From positions 898,778-962,777 of the forward strand of contig OZ242042.1 of the NCBI GenBank assembly GCA_965204905.1: a stretch of 64,000 bases of DNA. Direction: 5' to 3'. Source of the DNA: Dehalococcoidia bacterium (lineage in GTDB: Bacteria > Chloroflexota > Dehalococcoidia > Lucifugimonadales > UBA3495). Positions 28,613 to 37,917 of this stretch are shown piece by piece. The stretch's first letter is position 1, and each line of letters starts with the position of its first letter. The translations under genes and the position numbers were made by a program. The notes beneath the pieces are model-generated. The model saw nothing but the letters and a program-made list of their open reading frames with translations, was not told where the DNA came from and did no database searches.

Positions 28613-28984
28613 GTGCTTCTGCTCACGGTGTTTGTGCCGGTGGGTCTGCCTTTTGCCGTGGAGTTGTTGCCAGTCGATTGTTGGTGGGTCAGGGCTCTCA
28701 TTTACTTGGGTGTGCTGTTGGTCTGGGCGGTATGCGTGGTGCTGGTATTTTCTTGGTTGGTTGAACGGGACACTGGCGAGGTGAGTGAGCTTGTCTCTGA
28801 ACAAACTCGACCGCTCGCGGAAGGTCTCGAACAGGTCAGGGGCGACCATGGAAAATTGATAGACGATCTTCGGTCTGAGTTGGCGGACCTAGAGATTAGG
28901 ACTCGGTCCGCGGTCGAGGGATGGGTGGGACATTGGCGCCCAAAGCGATCCGGATTCGGGCGTCGATCACGGTTGGTCCGGTAA
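28613..28984 (+). CDS. Hypothetical membrane/coiled-coil protein
   Basis: 123-aa ORF with two hydrophobic segments then a charged helix. Weak support. Confidence 0.3.
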   Translation: MLLLTVFVPVGLPFAVELLPVDCWWVRALIYLGVLLVWAVCVVLVFSWLVERDTGEVSELVSEQTRPLAEGLEQVRGDHGKLIDDLRSELADLEIRTRSAVEGWVGHWRPKRSGFGRRSRLVR

Positions 28985-29467
28985 TAGTTTCCGTAGCCCT
29001 CCTGAGACGGGACGGGGCTGAGCGTCAATCTTTTCTGATGAGGGTCCGCCGAGGTCTACGGAGGGTGTGGCGCTTGTTTTGGGAACACGGCGTCGTGCCT
29101 GAATCACGGTCTGCTGAACTCGACCTGCATCGGCTGTCGGTATTGGTGATGGAAGTGCTGATGGCTTGTGGGGAGTCCATACTCAGCGGTCGGTGGTGTC
29201 TGCGTGTTGTTGCGGATGCCTTCAGAGCGGCTCAGTCGGGTCGGGCGCGACTGCCGTTGTGATCTCGTGGCCTGACGGTGTCGCGCGCGAAACCCGCCCG
29301 TCTGGGCGCGCGCTGACCGTTCGTTTGGGATAGGTTGCGGCAACAAAAAGCGGCTCGGTCGAGCTGCTGGGAGTTTGGTCTGGTTAGGCCCGTCATTCTT
29401 GCTTTTGTTTCAGGATGAGAGGGCCTGCAGGTTCGTTGTGTTAGCCCCTCTGGAATTTTCGTTCTCC

Positions 29468-30523
29468 TTAGAAGCGGAACAGGTTGATTTGATGCCTGTT
29501 CGGGACTCCTAAGAAGTCATACCAGGGCTGACGCGGCTCTTTGGCCGCGTAGTCATAGTCGCCCGCCATTAGCTCGTCGAAGTTGTCGTACGCGGTCAGG
29601 ATGGCTTGTTGTCGCTTCTGGCCGTAGGCGTCCCACACGAATGGGTTGATGTACCAGTTTTCGCTAAACAGGATGATCTCTGCTGAAACTGCGGCTTGCA
29701 GCTCCGTGCCGTTGGTTGTTGCTATGTGGCCGAAAAACCTTTCGGCCTCGCTGTTGCCCACGTAACTTGCGATTACAACGTGCTCGCCGTGCTTGGGGAT
29801 CACGGTCAACGACCAGGAACAGTTCGGCTCCCGGTTAGTCAACAGCTTTGTCTGCTCCAAAGGTAAGATTTGGCCTGTATTTCGGTCCATGGCCATGTCT
29901 GCTGAGCTGTGGGCTTGCGCCGCTGCCACAATGGGTGTCTTCGTTTTGACCATCCTGACAAGGTGCTTGATCCTGATCGCCGGTCGATAATCGTCACTCA
30001 CTGACCCGAGTCCCTGCCCTAATCTATTCGCAAGGTTGATCATCGCCCGCAGTCTGTAAGAGGGACGAATGTGAGGTGGCATTGCTGGGTGTACAAATTT
30101 CGAGGTGGGTCCAGTCATCCTTAACTGCTTCCATAGTTCCAGCAAAGCTGCCCTGTACATCATCAGGTCGAGTATTCGGTTGTCCTTGATGTCCGCGTCA
30201 GGTCTTTCGATCTCTTTAAACAGGTCTTCGTGGTGCCTGCAAACGAACGGGCCTGTTGATGCCCTGTTGATTCCTATCTTTTCGGCCCGGGCAACTTGGC
30301 TGAATTCGCCTGAAGCGTCTGTCTCTGGTCTACCTATCAATTGCGTGACGTGGTTTGCGACTTGGATGCTCCGCAAGATGTTCCTTGGAACCGTGTGCGA
30401 TCGGATTGGCTTCCCTTGGCAGTCAGGCGAGAAAAGACACCGGTTAGGGTCGTTTTGCCAGATATCCTGCATGCTTTGCCAGAACTCGCGCTGGAGGTGG
30501 GTGTCTTTTCCTTTCTGCTGCAT
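29468..30523 (-). CDS. Hypothetical 351-aa protein downstream of Cas4-like A3
   Basis: Long ORF in a visibly AT-richer segment, 101 nt downstream of A3. Conserved-looking PIRSHTVPRNIL and FVCRHHEDLFKEIE. No family recognised. Confidence 0.6.
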   Translation of the reverse strand: MQQKGKDTHLQREFWQSMQDIWQNDPNRCLFSPDCQGKPIRSHTVPRNILRSIQVANHVTQLIGRPETDASGEFSQVARAEKIGINRASTGPFVCRHHEDLFKEIERPDADIKDNRILDLMMYRAALLELWKQLRMTGPTSKFVHPAMPPHIRPSYRLRAMINLANRLGQGLGSVSDDYRPAIRIKHLVRMVKTKTPIVAAAQAHSSADMAMDRNTGQILPLEQTKLLTNREPNCSWSLTVIPKHGEHVVIASYVGNSEAERFFGHIATTNGTELQAAVSAEIILFSENWYINPFVWDAYGQKRQQAILTAYDNFDELMAGDYDYAAKEPRQPWYDFLGVPNRHQINLFRF

Positions 30524-30624
30524 GGTGTTCTCTATAGGGTGCTTGCCGAAGTAATCGGCCTCTCCAACCTACCTGATGCTAATGTTGTGTCCAATCATTT
30601 TATAACGACGCTCGCCTGTTCGCT

Positions 30625-31275
30625 CTAGAAGTCGTCGGTGGCGCAGTCCTCGGGCTCGTACTCGTCTTCCAAGCGTTCCGGGCAGTCTGCGGCCGTGATG
30701 TCGCAGAAGCAGCACTCCTGTCGGCTGAGCACTCGTCTTGCCGGTTCGTCGGCTGACAGGCGGCGGATCAGCGCGCCCAGGTTCTGGATGAACTGCTCGT
30801 CGACGGCCTCTGCCGAAACGCGGACCGTGTGATCGCGGTAGGTGACCTGCCCCCTGAGTTTGGCGTTTCGATACCGCTGGAGTGCCTTGGGGATGGCGTA
30901 CAGGTAGATCATGACCTGGACGGTGTGGCTTGGGCTTTGGTGGCCGGTCTTGGCGTCGACGATGACGGCGTGGTCCTCCCTGCGGGCGATGATGTCAGGT
31001 CGGCCGGCGAGTGTCGCGGTCTTGCCGTGGAGTTCAAACCGGTTTTGGGCCTCGATGTCGACGTCGTGGCCGCCGACGGTCCAGTTGGCGATGCGCTGGT
31101 TGAGGAGCGCGCTGTGGTCGAGCATCGACTTGGCTCGGTCGAAGTCGGACGGGACGCGTTCCCAGCTTTGATGGTGGGCCTTGAACCAGATGGCCCACTC
31201 GCAGGAGTTCTCGCCGGTGAGTAGCCTGGGCAGCCAGGTTGCCCAGATGTAGGGGAAATCTCGTTGCTCGGCCAC
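30625..31275 (-). CDS. Cas4-like PD-(D/E)XK nuclease (family A, copy A3)
   Basis: GTG start. ENSCEW, GRPDII..AVIVDAKTG, QVMIYLY and CCFCDITAADC. Confidence 0.8.
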   Translation of the reverse strand: MAEQRDFPYIWATWLPRLLTGENSCEWAIWFKAHHQSWERVPSDFDRAKSMLDHSALLNQRIANWTVGGHDVDIEAQNRFELHGKTATLAGRPDIIARREDHAVIVDAKTGHQSPSHTVQVMIYLYAIPKALQRYRNAKLRGQVTYRDHTVRVSAEAVDEQFIQNLGALIRRLSADEPARRVLSRQECCFCDITAADCPERLEDEYEPEDCATDDF

Positions 31276-31470
31276 GGCACGGCGCCGTCCGGAGGATTAG
31301 CCGTGGGTCAGCTTGACCTGAGTGTATTGGGCGGTTTGGGTGCGCTACGGGCTGCTGTCATCAAAAACTTGGCCGCCCCGTTGGTCAGGGCGGCCGGTGT
31401 CGCGGTTGGTCCGTGACGTGTCCATTGTGTCAGGTGTGGGCTCGGGTTCGCCAAGGCTTGGTGTCATCAA
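31276..31470 (-). promoter_or_regulatory. Family A leader copy (UCR-A3)
   Basis: Aligns by eye to the other UCR-A copies. Confidence 0.6.
31361..31395 (-). terminator. Intrinsic terminator in UCR-A3
   Basis: Minus-sense GGCCGCCCU-GACCAAC-GGGGCGGCC followed by AAGUUUUUGAUGA. The closing pair is U:G in minus sense. Confidence 0.55.
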
Positions 31471-31574
31471 TCGTTGGGGACGGTTGGGTTTGGTTCCGGC
31501 GCAGGAACGGACGGGGCAGAGGTCGGTCGGGTCTGCCGGGTTTGCCGTTGGCGGCGTTTTTGATGGTGGGCGGG

Positions 31575-31625
31575 CCTTACGTCGATCGCCGGTGCGGTCG
31601 TCCATGGTCCTCGAGGTCTTGGGGT
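31575..31625 (-). pseudogene. Family B 3'-terminal remnant (B6)
   Basis: cgatcgccggtgcggtcgtccatggtcctcgaggtcttgg matches the last codons of B2 (QDLEDQGRP.RR). Confidence 0.4.
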
Positions 31626-31771
31626 CTTCGGCTCGGCTGTTGGTGAACTGCTTGCAGAGGGTGTTTTGGTCGACCGGTTGGTAGCTGGGCATGTCCTGTC
31701 TGAGCTGTTCAGTCACCGGTTTCCCTACCATTGGCTCACGTCTGTCCTTCGGTAGTTTCGGGAGTGAGCAA

Positions 31772-32533
31772 ATGCTTGGTATGGGACTCAGTACGCCGGC
31801 TGCGGTCGCCGTGGCGTCCAAGGATATCCGGGTTTACTTTGGCAGCCCGATGGCGTACATCGTCGCGATGACGTTCATGTTAGCTACGGGTGTTGCTTTC
31901 CTGTGGGATCTCGGTTCCCCGTTCCCGGAGGCGTCCTTGGCGAATTTCTTTGGGGGAAGCGTTCACGCCGGGAACGTGTTTGGCGCTGCCCTCGTGCTTA
32001 TACCGTTGGGCCCGATCTTGACGATGCGTCTTTTGGCTGAGGAGCGGAAGATGGGTACCTTGGAGTTATTGCTCACTGCACCGGTGCGCGATTGGGAGGT
32101 GATACTGGGCAAGTACTTGGCCAGTCTGGTCTTCTTGGTCTTCATGCTGGTTCTAACGGGCTACTATGTGTTGCTCCTCTCTGTGTTCGGGCGCCCGGAC
32201 GTTGGTCCGATCCTTTCTGGCTACTTGGGGATAGTGCTGTATGGGATGGTCGCCTTGTCGGTCGGGATTTTTTCTTCCGTGTTGACGAGCAATCAGGTCG
32301 TTGCTGCGGTGTTGGGAACCGGCATTATGGGTCTGCTCTATGGAGTGAGCCGACTGGGACAGGTGGTTGGCGGGACATTTGGTGACCTTCTGGTCTTGGT
32401 GGGATTGGAGGGTCGGCTGGATGATTTCATCGTGGGGATCGTTGATTCTTCCAGCATCGTTTATTTCGTTTCTCTGGTCTGCTTGTTCTTGTTCTTGGCT
32501 TGGCGTGTTCTCGAATCGCGGCGCTGGCGGTAG
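31772..32533 (+). CDS. ABC-2 type transporter permease (GldF-like), with no ATPase partner nearby
   Basis: KDIRVYFGSPMAYIV, LLAEERKMGTLELLLTAPVRDWEVILGKYLA, and six hydrophobic segments. Confidence 0.7.
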   Translation: MLGMGLSTPAAVAVASKDIRVYFGSPMAYIVAMTFMLATGVAFLWDLGSPFPEASLANFFGGSVHAGNVFGAALVLIPLGPILTMRLLAEERKMGTLELLLTAPVRDWEVILGKYLASLVFLVFMLVLTGYYVLLLSVFGRPDVGPILSGYLGIVLYGMVALSVGIFSSVLTSNQVVAAVLGTGIMGLLYGVSRLGQVVGGTFGDLLVLVGLEGRLDDFIVGIVDSSSIVYFVSLVCLFLFLAWRVLESRRWR

Positions 32534-32537
32534 GCAC

Positions 32538-32990
32538 TCACATCTCGGCCGTTCGTTTCTGTGATGCTTGTGTGATTTTGCGCCGGGCCGGCCGTCCTTG
32601 GTCCTCGAGGTCCTGACACTGTCTGCAGGATTCGGCGAGGGTGCCGTCGGGGAGTATGGTCTTCTCGTTCCCGCAGTCGCAGGTTCGCTCCAGGATCTGG
32701 AGGGCGAGGTCGAACTCCCGGGTGCGGTTGGCGTCGGCGGCGCAGTGTTCGCGCTTGAGTTGGTCGAATTTGATAGCGAACCGGGCGTAGGCGGTTTGAC
32801 GCTTGTTGGCTTTGATGTCGGCGCGGCCTTTGGAGACCCACTTGCCGAGGGTGCTGGGGGACATGGAGACGCCGTACTCGCTGGCGTGTCTGACGACGTC
32901 GTGGTAGGTGCCGTCGGTATCGGGGAGGGCGCGCAGGACGGCGGCGATGTTCGGAGCGGTGAATTGTGCGGTGTTGTTGAAGTTGGTCAT
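32538..32990 (-). CDS. Small HTH + zinc-ribbon protein (family B, copy B1)
   Basis: 150 aa. HTH-like YHDVVRHASEYGVSMSPSTLGKWVSKGR, then CDCGNEK...CRQC. Confidence 0.7.
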   Translation of the reverse strand: MTNFNNTAQFTAPNIAAVLRALPDTDGTYHDVVRHASEYGVSMSPSTLGKWVSKGRADIKANKRQTAYARFAIKFDQLKREHCAADANRTREFDLALQILERTCDCGNEKTILPDGTLAESCRQCQDLEDQGRPARRKITQASQKRTAEM

Positions 32991-33038
32991 GGTGTCCTCC
33001 TGGTGGCTCTCGGTTTCTCCTCCAGGTGTGGGACTTGT

Positions 33039-33126
33039 GCTTGGACGGGCTCAGTTTGGGCTGATTGGCCGGGCCGGCCCGTCGGGTAGGATAACGGCGG
33101 TTGGGGCGAAACGGTATTGTCTTGGG
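33039..33126 (+). repeat. C-type structured repeat, 5' of B1
   Basis: GCTTGGACGGGCTCAGTTTGGG...GGGTAGGATAACGG...GCGAAACGGTATTGTCTTGGG. Confidence 0.7.
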
Positions 33127-33511
33127 TTGCTGTGCAGGGCCTTTTCAAAGTTGTGCGATTGAAGTCTATCCGCTCGTCCTGAGCTGCCGTAGGTCCGCCA
33201 GTGGCGGGTCGAAGGACGCGCTCGTGGTTCGACGGGCTCCCGCCTCAGGCGGACGTTCCGCACCATGAGCGAGCACAGGGGACTTTGGAGCGGCCCTGGT
33301 TGCTGTGGCGGGCTGATTATCAGGGCACCGGGTAGCGGAACGGGCGACCCATCAGAAACACGCCAAATCCGGCCCGTAGCCGAATTTTTGCGCCGCCCTC
33401 GAATAGTATTGTGGAATCGAGGAGAGGCCGTCACGGGGCGTCTGGGAGGTGTCCTCGCCCCTTCATTTTTCGGGGTTGTGCGTCCGTTCTACCCGCGTGG
33501 GGTGAGAGTGT

Positions 33512-33558
33512 GCGAGACATGGGCGGAGCGAGGTCACACCGCTCCGCCCATGTCTCGC
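33512..33558. other. Perfect 19-bp inverted repeat
   Basis: GCGAGACATGGGCGGAGCG-aggtcacac-CGCTCCGCCCATGTCTCGC, about 140 nt downstream of the 33699 stop. Confidence 0.6.
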
Positions 33559-33698
33559 AGCTACACCGGTTGGATTGATATATGTTTTGCGTCTTGGTTG
33601 TCTCCGGGTCTTCGTGGTGCTTGGCGTTATCGTGCCGGCGAAGAGGCTCTGGCATACGATGCCGGAGCCTGTGCTGAAGGTCTGCCGGTTCGTCTGAT

Positions 33699-35288
33699 TT
33701 AGCGAAAGCTCTCGAGCATTGCTCTTATCTGGGCCTTGAGGTCCAGTATCCGCCCGGCCGTCCGTTCACTCGGATTTGCTTCCTCGATCTTGTTCAGCAC
33801 TTCCAGGGCTGTTCCCCATTCTATTGTGATCCCTGATCTTTCGCTCCAGTTCATCAGCAAGTCGGTAGCTAGGTCAGGGTACGAGGACACCGCGCTTGAG
33901 CGTTTGAGCTCGATGAAAAGTGGAATGTCCGGTCCGTTCCATGGGGTCGCTTTTGCTAGTGTCACGGCTTCGGCGAAAGGTTCGGTCAGGTGGGGCACCC
34001 ACCCAACCATGTGGGTGCCCTCCGCCGGGCTGATCGGTTTGGGAGAACCCCTGTTGCGGTCTTGCCAATATTCCCTGACCCAGCGCTCCCACCAGTCTTT
34101 CTGCTGTTCGACGTCGGCTTCCCGGAGCCTGTTTTTCACGGCCTCGGCGACGAGCTCAGCCGTTTCCTTGCTGCTGGTTTTGACGGTTTCCTTGAGCCAC
34201 TCCCTTGGTTCCGCGGCGTAATGGCAGAGTAGCTTCGTGTATGCGTCGGCGAAGAGGCGTTTGGCACTGAGTTCGTTGTTCGGTTGCTCGACGAGTTCAC
34301 TGAATTTGTCCTGGAAAATATTCCCCAGCACTTGGGCCACTTGTGGGGTGATATTCTGTGCTTCGACTAGCCCACCCCATGCGGCTCTCTCTCTGTTCCC
34401 ACCGCTAGTGAACATCGGTTGGATGATTTCTTCGGCCCACGGCTGGTCAACGTGCCACAGAAACCCGGCCTGTCCCGCGAGGATTGCCGCGCCCAGGTTT
34501 CCTTTGAGAGAGTCATCGGCAACGATCTGGTTAAGACCCCTCATGCTGGTGGGACTGAATCTTTCTCTCTGCGATGTCCGTGTCCTGACGGCTGTCGATT
34601 CTAGCCAGAACGTGGTGAGGTATCCCATCTGGTAGAAGTTGAACGCTGCTTCGTGCCACCCTTGAACCGGAATATCTTCGCCGCTTCTGAGGTGGTCCCA
34701 TAGCGGCAGCGCCACCTGCTCTGCTTCGTCGATGAGATTGATGGCGTAGCTTTTGCCTCCGTTTCTCGTCAAAGCGTGAAGGCTTTCGGCTATGTCCCCG
34801 GCGTGGTGCGTGTAGACGTCTTGCATGGAGAACCATTCCAGAACTTTCCGGTATTGCTCCTCTTGCAGGTCGGCCACACGCCATCCCGATATGATGTCTT
34901 TCCATACAGGCTCCGACCACTGCCGTTGCTTGGCCAATTCTCGGGCTACGCCGTCCCCCCATTGGGGGTTTTGGCGCGTCGTCTCCTGAACGCTCCACAG
35001 GCCTGGTATGAGTTCCTCGGGTTGCGCCTGGCGGTTGCTCTCCATGAGCCAACTGACGAGTTGCTCTGCCGCCGTTTCCTTCAGGGAATCCGGTGTGAAA
35101 GGGTCGCCGCTGATGACCACGGGTTCACTTATCATCAGCCCCGGCTGTAGCGGGTCTGTCCATTCCCAACTGTGTGCTTCCTCCATCGGCGCGATCTCAT
35201 CCCTGAGTATCTGGCACTCCGGGGCGGTTTCTTGCAATGCCTTCAGCAGGTTGTACCGGCGGCGCTCGGTTGCGTTCTGAGCGGTCAT
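33699..35288 (-). CDS. Large all-helical Trp-rich partner of the SIR2 protein (DUF4020-like, from memory)
   Basis: 529 aa with its own RBS GAGGAAGAG, 23 nt after the SIR2 stop. C-terminal WWERWVREYWQDRNRG...MVGWVPHL. Confidence 0.7.
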   Translation of the reverse strand: MTAQNATERRRYNLLKALQETAPECQILRDEIAPMEEAHSWEWTDPLQPGLMISEPVVISGDPFTPDSLKETAAEQLVSWLMESNRQAQPEELIPGLWSVQETTRQNPQWGDGVARELAKQRQWSEPVWKDIISGWRVADLQEEQYRKVLEWFSMQDVYTHHAGDIAESLHALTRNGGKSYAINLIDEAEQVALPLWDHLRSGEDIPVQGWHEAAFNFYQMGYLTTFWLESTAVRTRTSQRERFSPTSMRGLNQIVADDSLKGNLGAAILAGQAGFLWHVDQPWAEEIIQPMFTSGGNRERAAWGGLVEAQNITPQVAQVLGNIFQDKFSELVEQPNNELSAKRLFADAYTKLLCHYAAEPREWLKETVKTSSKETAELVAEAVKNRLREADVEQQKDWWERWVREYWQDRNRGSPKPISPAEGTHMVGWVPHLTEPFAEAVTLAKATPWNGPDIPLFIELKRSSAVSSYPDLATDLLMNWSERSGITIEWGTALEVLNKIEEANPSERTAGRILDLKAQIRAMLESFR

Positions 35289-35311
35289 AGCGTCTCTTCC
35301 TCGTTGGAGTC

Positions 35312-37201
35312 CTATCGGAGGGCCTCGACTACGCGTCGTCGATAGTCATCGCTGAGATCCTTGAATTCCTCAATGAGCAGTTGGTCCGTCTCAAGATTTC
35401 TCCCGCTGTCCATGGGCACGGCCTTCCTAAATAGCCACTCGACTTTTTCGTGTGCCCTTTGGTCCGGTCTCATGCGGACTGAATGGACGGCGAGCCTTCT
35501 TGCCAGCGGGGACTGGGAGGCTATCAGGCGGTCCAGCCATGATTCCAGCAGTTCCGGTTCATTCTGTCCCATCCACTCCAAGCAGTCTCTGGCGATGTTC
35601 ACCATCTGGTCGATGCCCGCTTCTCGGCGGTTGCCTTGGGAATCCCCTATCATGTGACGGCCTGAAGAGTCTGTGTCGCGTTCGGCGGTGGCCAGACCCC
35701 ATTGCTCCAGGGTTCTATGTCGGTTTTCGATATGCCTCACCGCGTGGTCCAGGGTTATGGCCGCGACCGTTCCCATGTGCTGGTTCACGTTGGCCCAGGC
35801 CGCCGACAATATCCAGGCCTCTCCCAAGGTCGTCAGCTCGATTTGGTTCCCTGCGGGTCGCCTTGGTTGCGCTCTGATGACAGGCCGGAACAATTCGTCG
35901 AAGATGTTCGCGGCTTCTTGGTATAGTTCGCTCTGCACACCTAGTTCAGCCAGCCGGTATAGGCCGTCCGATTTGCGGGCATCCTGGTCTGCTGGGGTTG
36001 CTGAGAGCAGGTACGATACCCATCGGCTTATCGTGCTGGACGTTCTGGTATGTCCATCATCGAGGAGCCGGTGGGTGATGTCCCACCAGATTTGCGGATG
36101 GAGTTTTTGTCCGGCTTGCGTGATCGTGGCTATGGCTTCGTCTGGGTCGTGAGCAGCAAGCAGTCGCGCCAACCACGTCAGAAGCGTGCCATTTTCCGTG
36201 ATGGGCGCGTCGTCAAAAGCCCCCGCGACGTACTGCTTGTCTATGCACCACTCGACCCATCGGAGGCTCTGTGCGTTCGCTGTGAATGCCGGCGTGAGTT
36301 CCGGGTCCTGCAATGCTCGGTCGATGATGTTCTGCGATCCTGTGTCAAGGGGAGGATTCGGTTGGCTCGCTATTTGCGCGATCATCTGGTGCCATGTTGA
36401 GGAAGACCTTCTCTGGTACTCCGCCAGCTCGGCGATGGCTTCGGCTGCCTCGTCATGGTTTTGGTTTTCCCCTAGTTGGTAAGCGATGGGTTCTATACCT
36501 AGAGAATGCCAACTTTGATTGCCAACCGTCAGTTCGTGCGTGAGAATGAACCTCCGCGCTGGTTCGTTGCTGGTCGGCATGGCCCGCGCCAGATAGCGCA
36601 CTATCGGGTCTTGGTGGCTGTAGCCGACGAAGAGGACGTGCTGTGTCCTGAAAAGTCCTTGGAGGAACTCCAGTGCCCAGCGTTCGTCCAAGTATGCTCT
36701 GCCTATGTCTGAGTCCGTTAGGACCATGTCTTGAGGCTGGTCAATTACTCCGTGCAGGTCCACTATTCCGGTGAATCGTCCGCAGGGCGGAAGTGCCGGC
36801 GCAGCGTAAACTTTCCCGGTTTGTTGGATTTCCTTTCCTGCGCTCGTCGCCTCGAACAATTGGTCGAAGTTGGTGGTTACGAGTTTTGGCGTCGCCCCCC
36901 TTGGTCGAATGTCCAACAGGTCTCGATGAAGTTGGTTTGGATGGGCGCCCGTGAGTTGCTCAACGATGTAGGCTCTTATGTCGCGTCCCTCCATTTCAAG
37001 CCTACCGAGGAACTGATCGTCATTTTCCTCTTCGGTTCGGTTCACTTGGAAGTGCTCCTGCACTTGTTTTAGCAGAAGAGGAAAACTGGGCAGGTTCGAT
37101 GGGCTTGGGATCGACACGCCAGCTCCGGCGAAGACCACCAAGTTATCGTCGCGGAGTGCGTTCATCAGCCTATCGTTGAATTCTACGTTCCCGAGTTTCA
37201 T
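35312..37201 (-). CDS. SIR2_2-family (sirtuin-like NADase-type) protein with a helical C-terminal extension
   Basis: LVVFAGAGVSIPS (GAGxS), VTTNFDQLFE and IVDLHGV. About 350 aa of helical repeats follow. Confidence 0.85.
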   Translation of the reverse strand: MKLGNVEFNDRLMNALRDDNLVVFAGAGVSIPSPSNLPSFPLLLKQVQEHFQVNRTEEENDDQFLGRLEMEGRDIRAYIVEQLTGAHPNQLHRDLLDIRPRGATPKLVTTNFDQLFEATSAGKEIQQTGKVYAAPALPPCGRFTGIVDLHGVIDQPQDMVLTDSDIGRAYLDERWALEFLQGLFRTQHVLFVGYSHQDPIVRYLARAMPTSNEPARRFILTHELTVGNQSWHSLGIEPIAYQLGENQNHDEAAEAIAELAEYQRRSSSTWHQMIAQIASQPNPPLDTGSQNIIDRALQDPELTPAFTANAQSLRWVEWCIDKQYVAGAFDDAPITENGTLLTWLARLLAAHDPDEAIATITQAGQKLHPQIWWDITHRLLDDGHTRTSSTISRWVSYLLSATPADQDARKSDGLYRLAELGVQSELYQEAANIFDELFRPVIRAQPRRPAGNQIELTTLGEAWILSAAWANVNQHMGTVAAITLDHAVRHIENRHRTLEQWGLATAERDTDSSGRHMIGDSQGNRREAGIDQMVNIARDCLEWMGQNEPELLESWLDRLIASQSPLARRLAVHSVRMRPDQRAHEKVEWLFRKAVPMDSGRNLETDQLLIEEFKDLSDDYRRRVVEALR

Positions 37202-37852
37202 GAGCGTTCGCGCTTCAATTGGTCCACTGACTTAGGACACGGACCGGACTGCAGTCGCCGGTGAATCGGACAACGGGAGTGCCTTGTTTCGTGGCTTCCC
37301 GTTCGTCACCGAGCATGGTGGCCGCGACCGTTTTGACGCCGCGTCGCGAGCACGAATCATTGAGCCTGGGGCGTCTCGAGAACGCCTCGGGCTTATCCGG
37401 CGAAGCGGCTTGAAGCAAGCCCAACGCGGTGGCGTCTTGTTCCACGCTGGACCGGGACGGTGATGCCCAGCCAGTTGCCGGCAATCTTGTTCCACTCCAT
37501 TCGCGTGTCCGTTGGGACTATCCCAACGTTCCGTCCTTGGGGCAGGAGCCTGACGGGCGGAGAACCGTGTAGCGGCGGTTTGGACGGCCGGCTATGATGT
37601 TCGCAAACAGACCGTCGAAACGCGATTGTGGATGCCAATGTTACATCGGGCTAAGGTTTCGGTAAAGTAGCGCGGCGTCGGCCCATGATTTCGGTACCCC
37701 GCGGAGTCGATACCAACCCGTTTGGCTACCCTGCAGCCACAGTCATCTGACAGCGGCACGATCATGGCGATTTACCAAGTTATCTCCAGTCAGGACGGTT
37801 GCGGAATTCGTCGGTATATTCGTCAATATCCGCCCCTGATCCCAAGGATTTG

Positions 37853-37868
37853 GAGTAACGAAATTTCC
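37853..37868 (+). repeat. Junction motif copy M1 (GAGTAACGAAATTTCC)
   Basis: One mismatch to the GAGTAGCGAAATTTCC consensus. It sits where the B gene is missing next to an orphan C repeat. Confidence 0.6.
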
Positions 37869-37917
37869 CCGGTGGCCACCAGGCGGTCTTCGTTGTCTCC
37901 TCCAGGTGGGGCTTGTG

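Noticed and set aside
33190-33260. GTGGTTCGACGGGCTCCCGCC resembles the GGAUUCGACGGG start of tmRNA or a tRNA T-arm.
   Set aside because: I could not find an acceptor stem, a tag reading frame or a 3' tRNA-like end nearby. The resemblance is limited to about 10 nt.
37215-37640. Three overlapping 80-90-aa minus-strand ORFs upstream of the SIR2 gene, possibly a frameshifted gene.
   Set aside because: No frame gives a recognisable motif and none is supported by a paralog in the window. The region is left unannotated.
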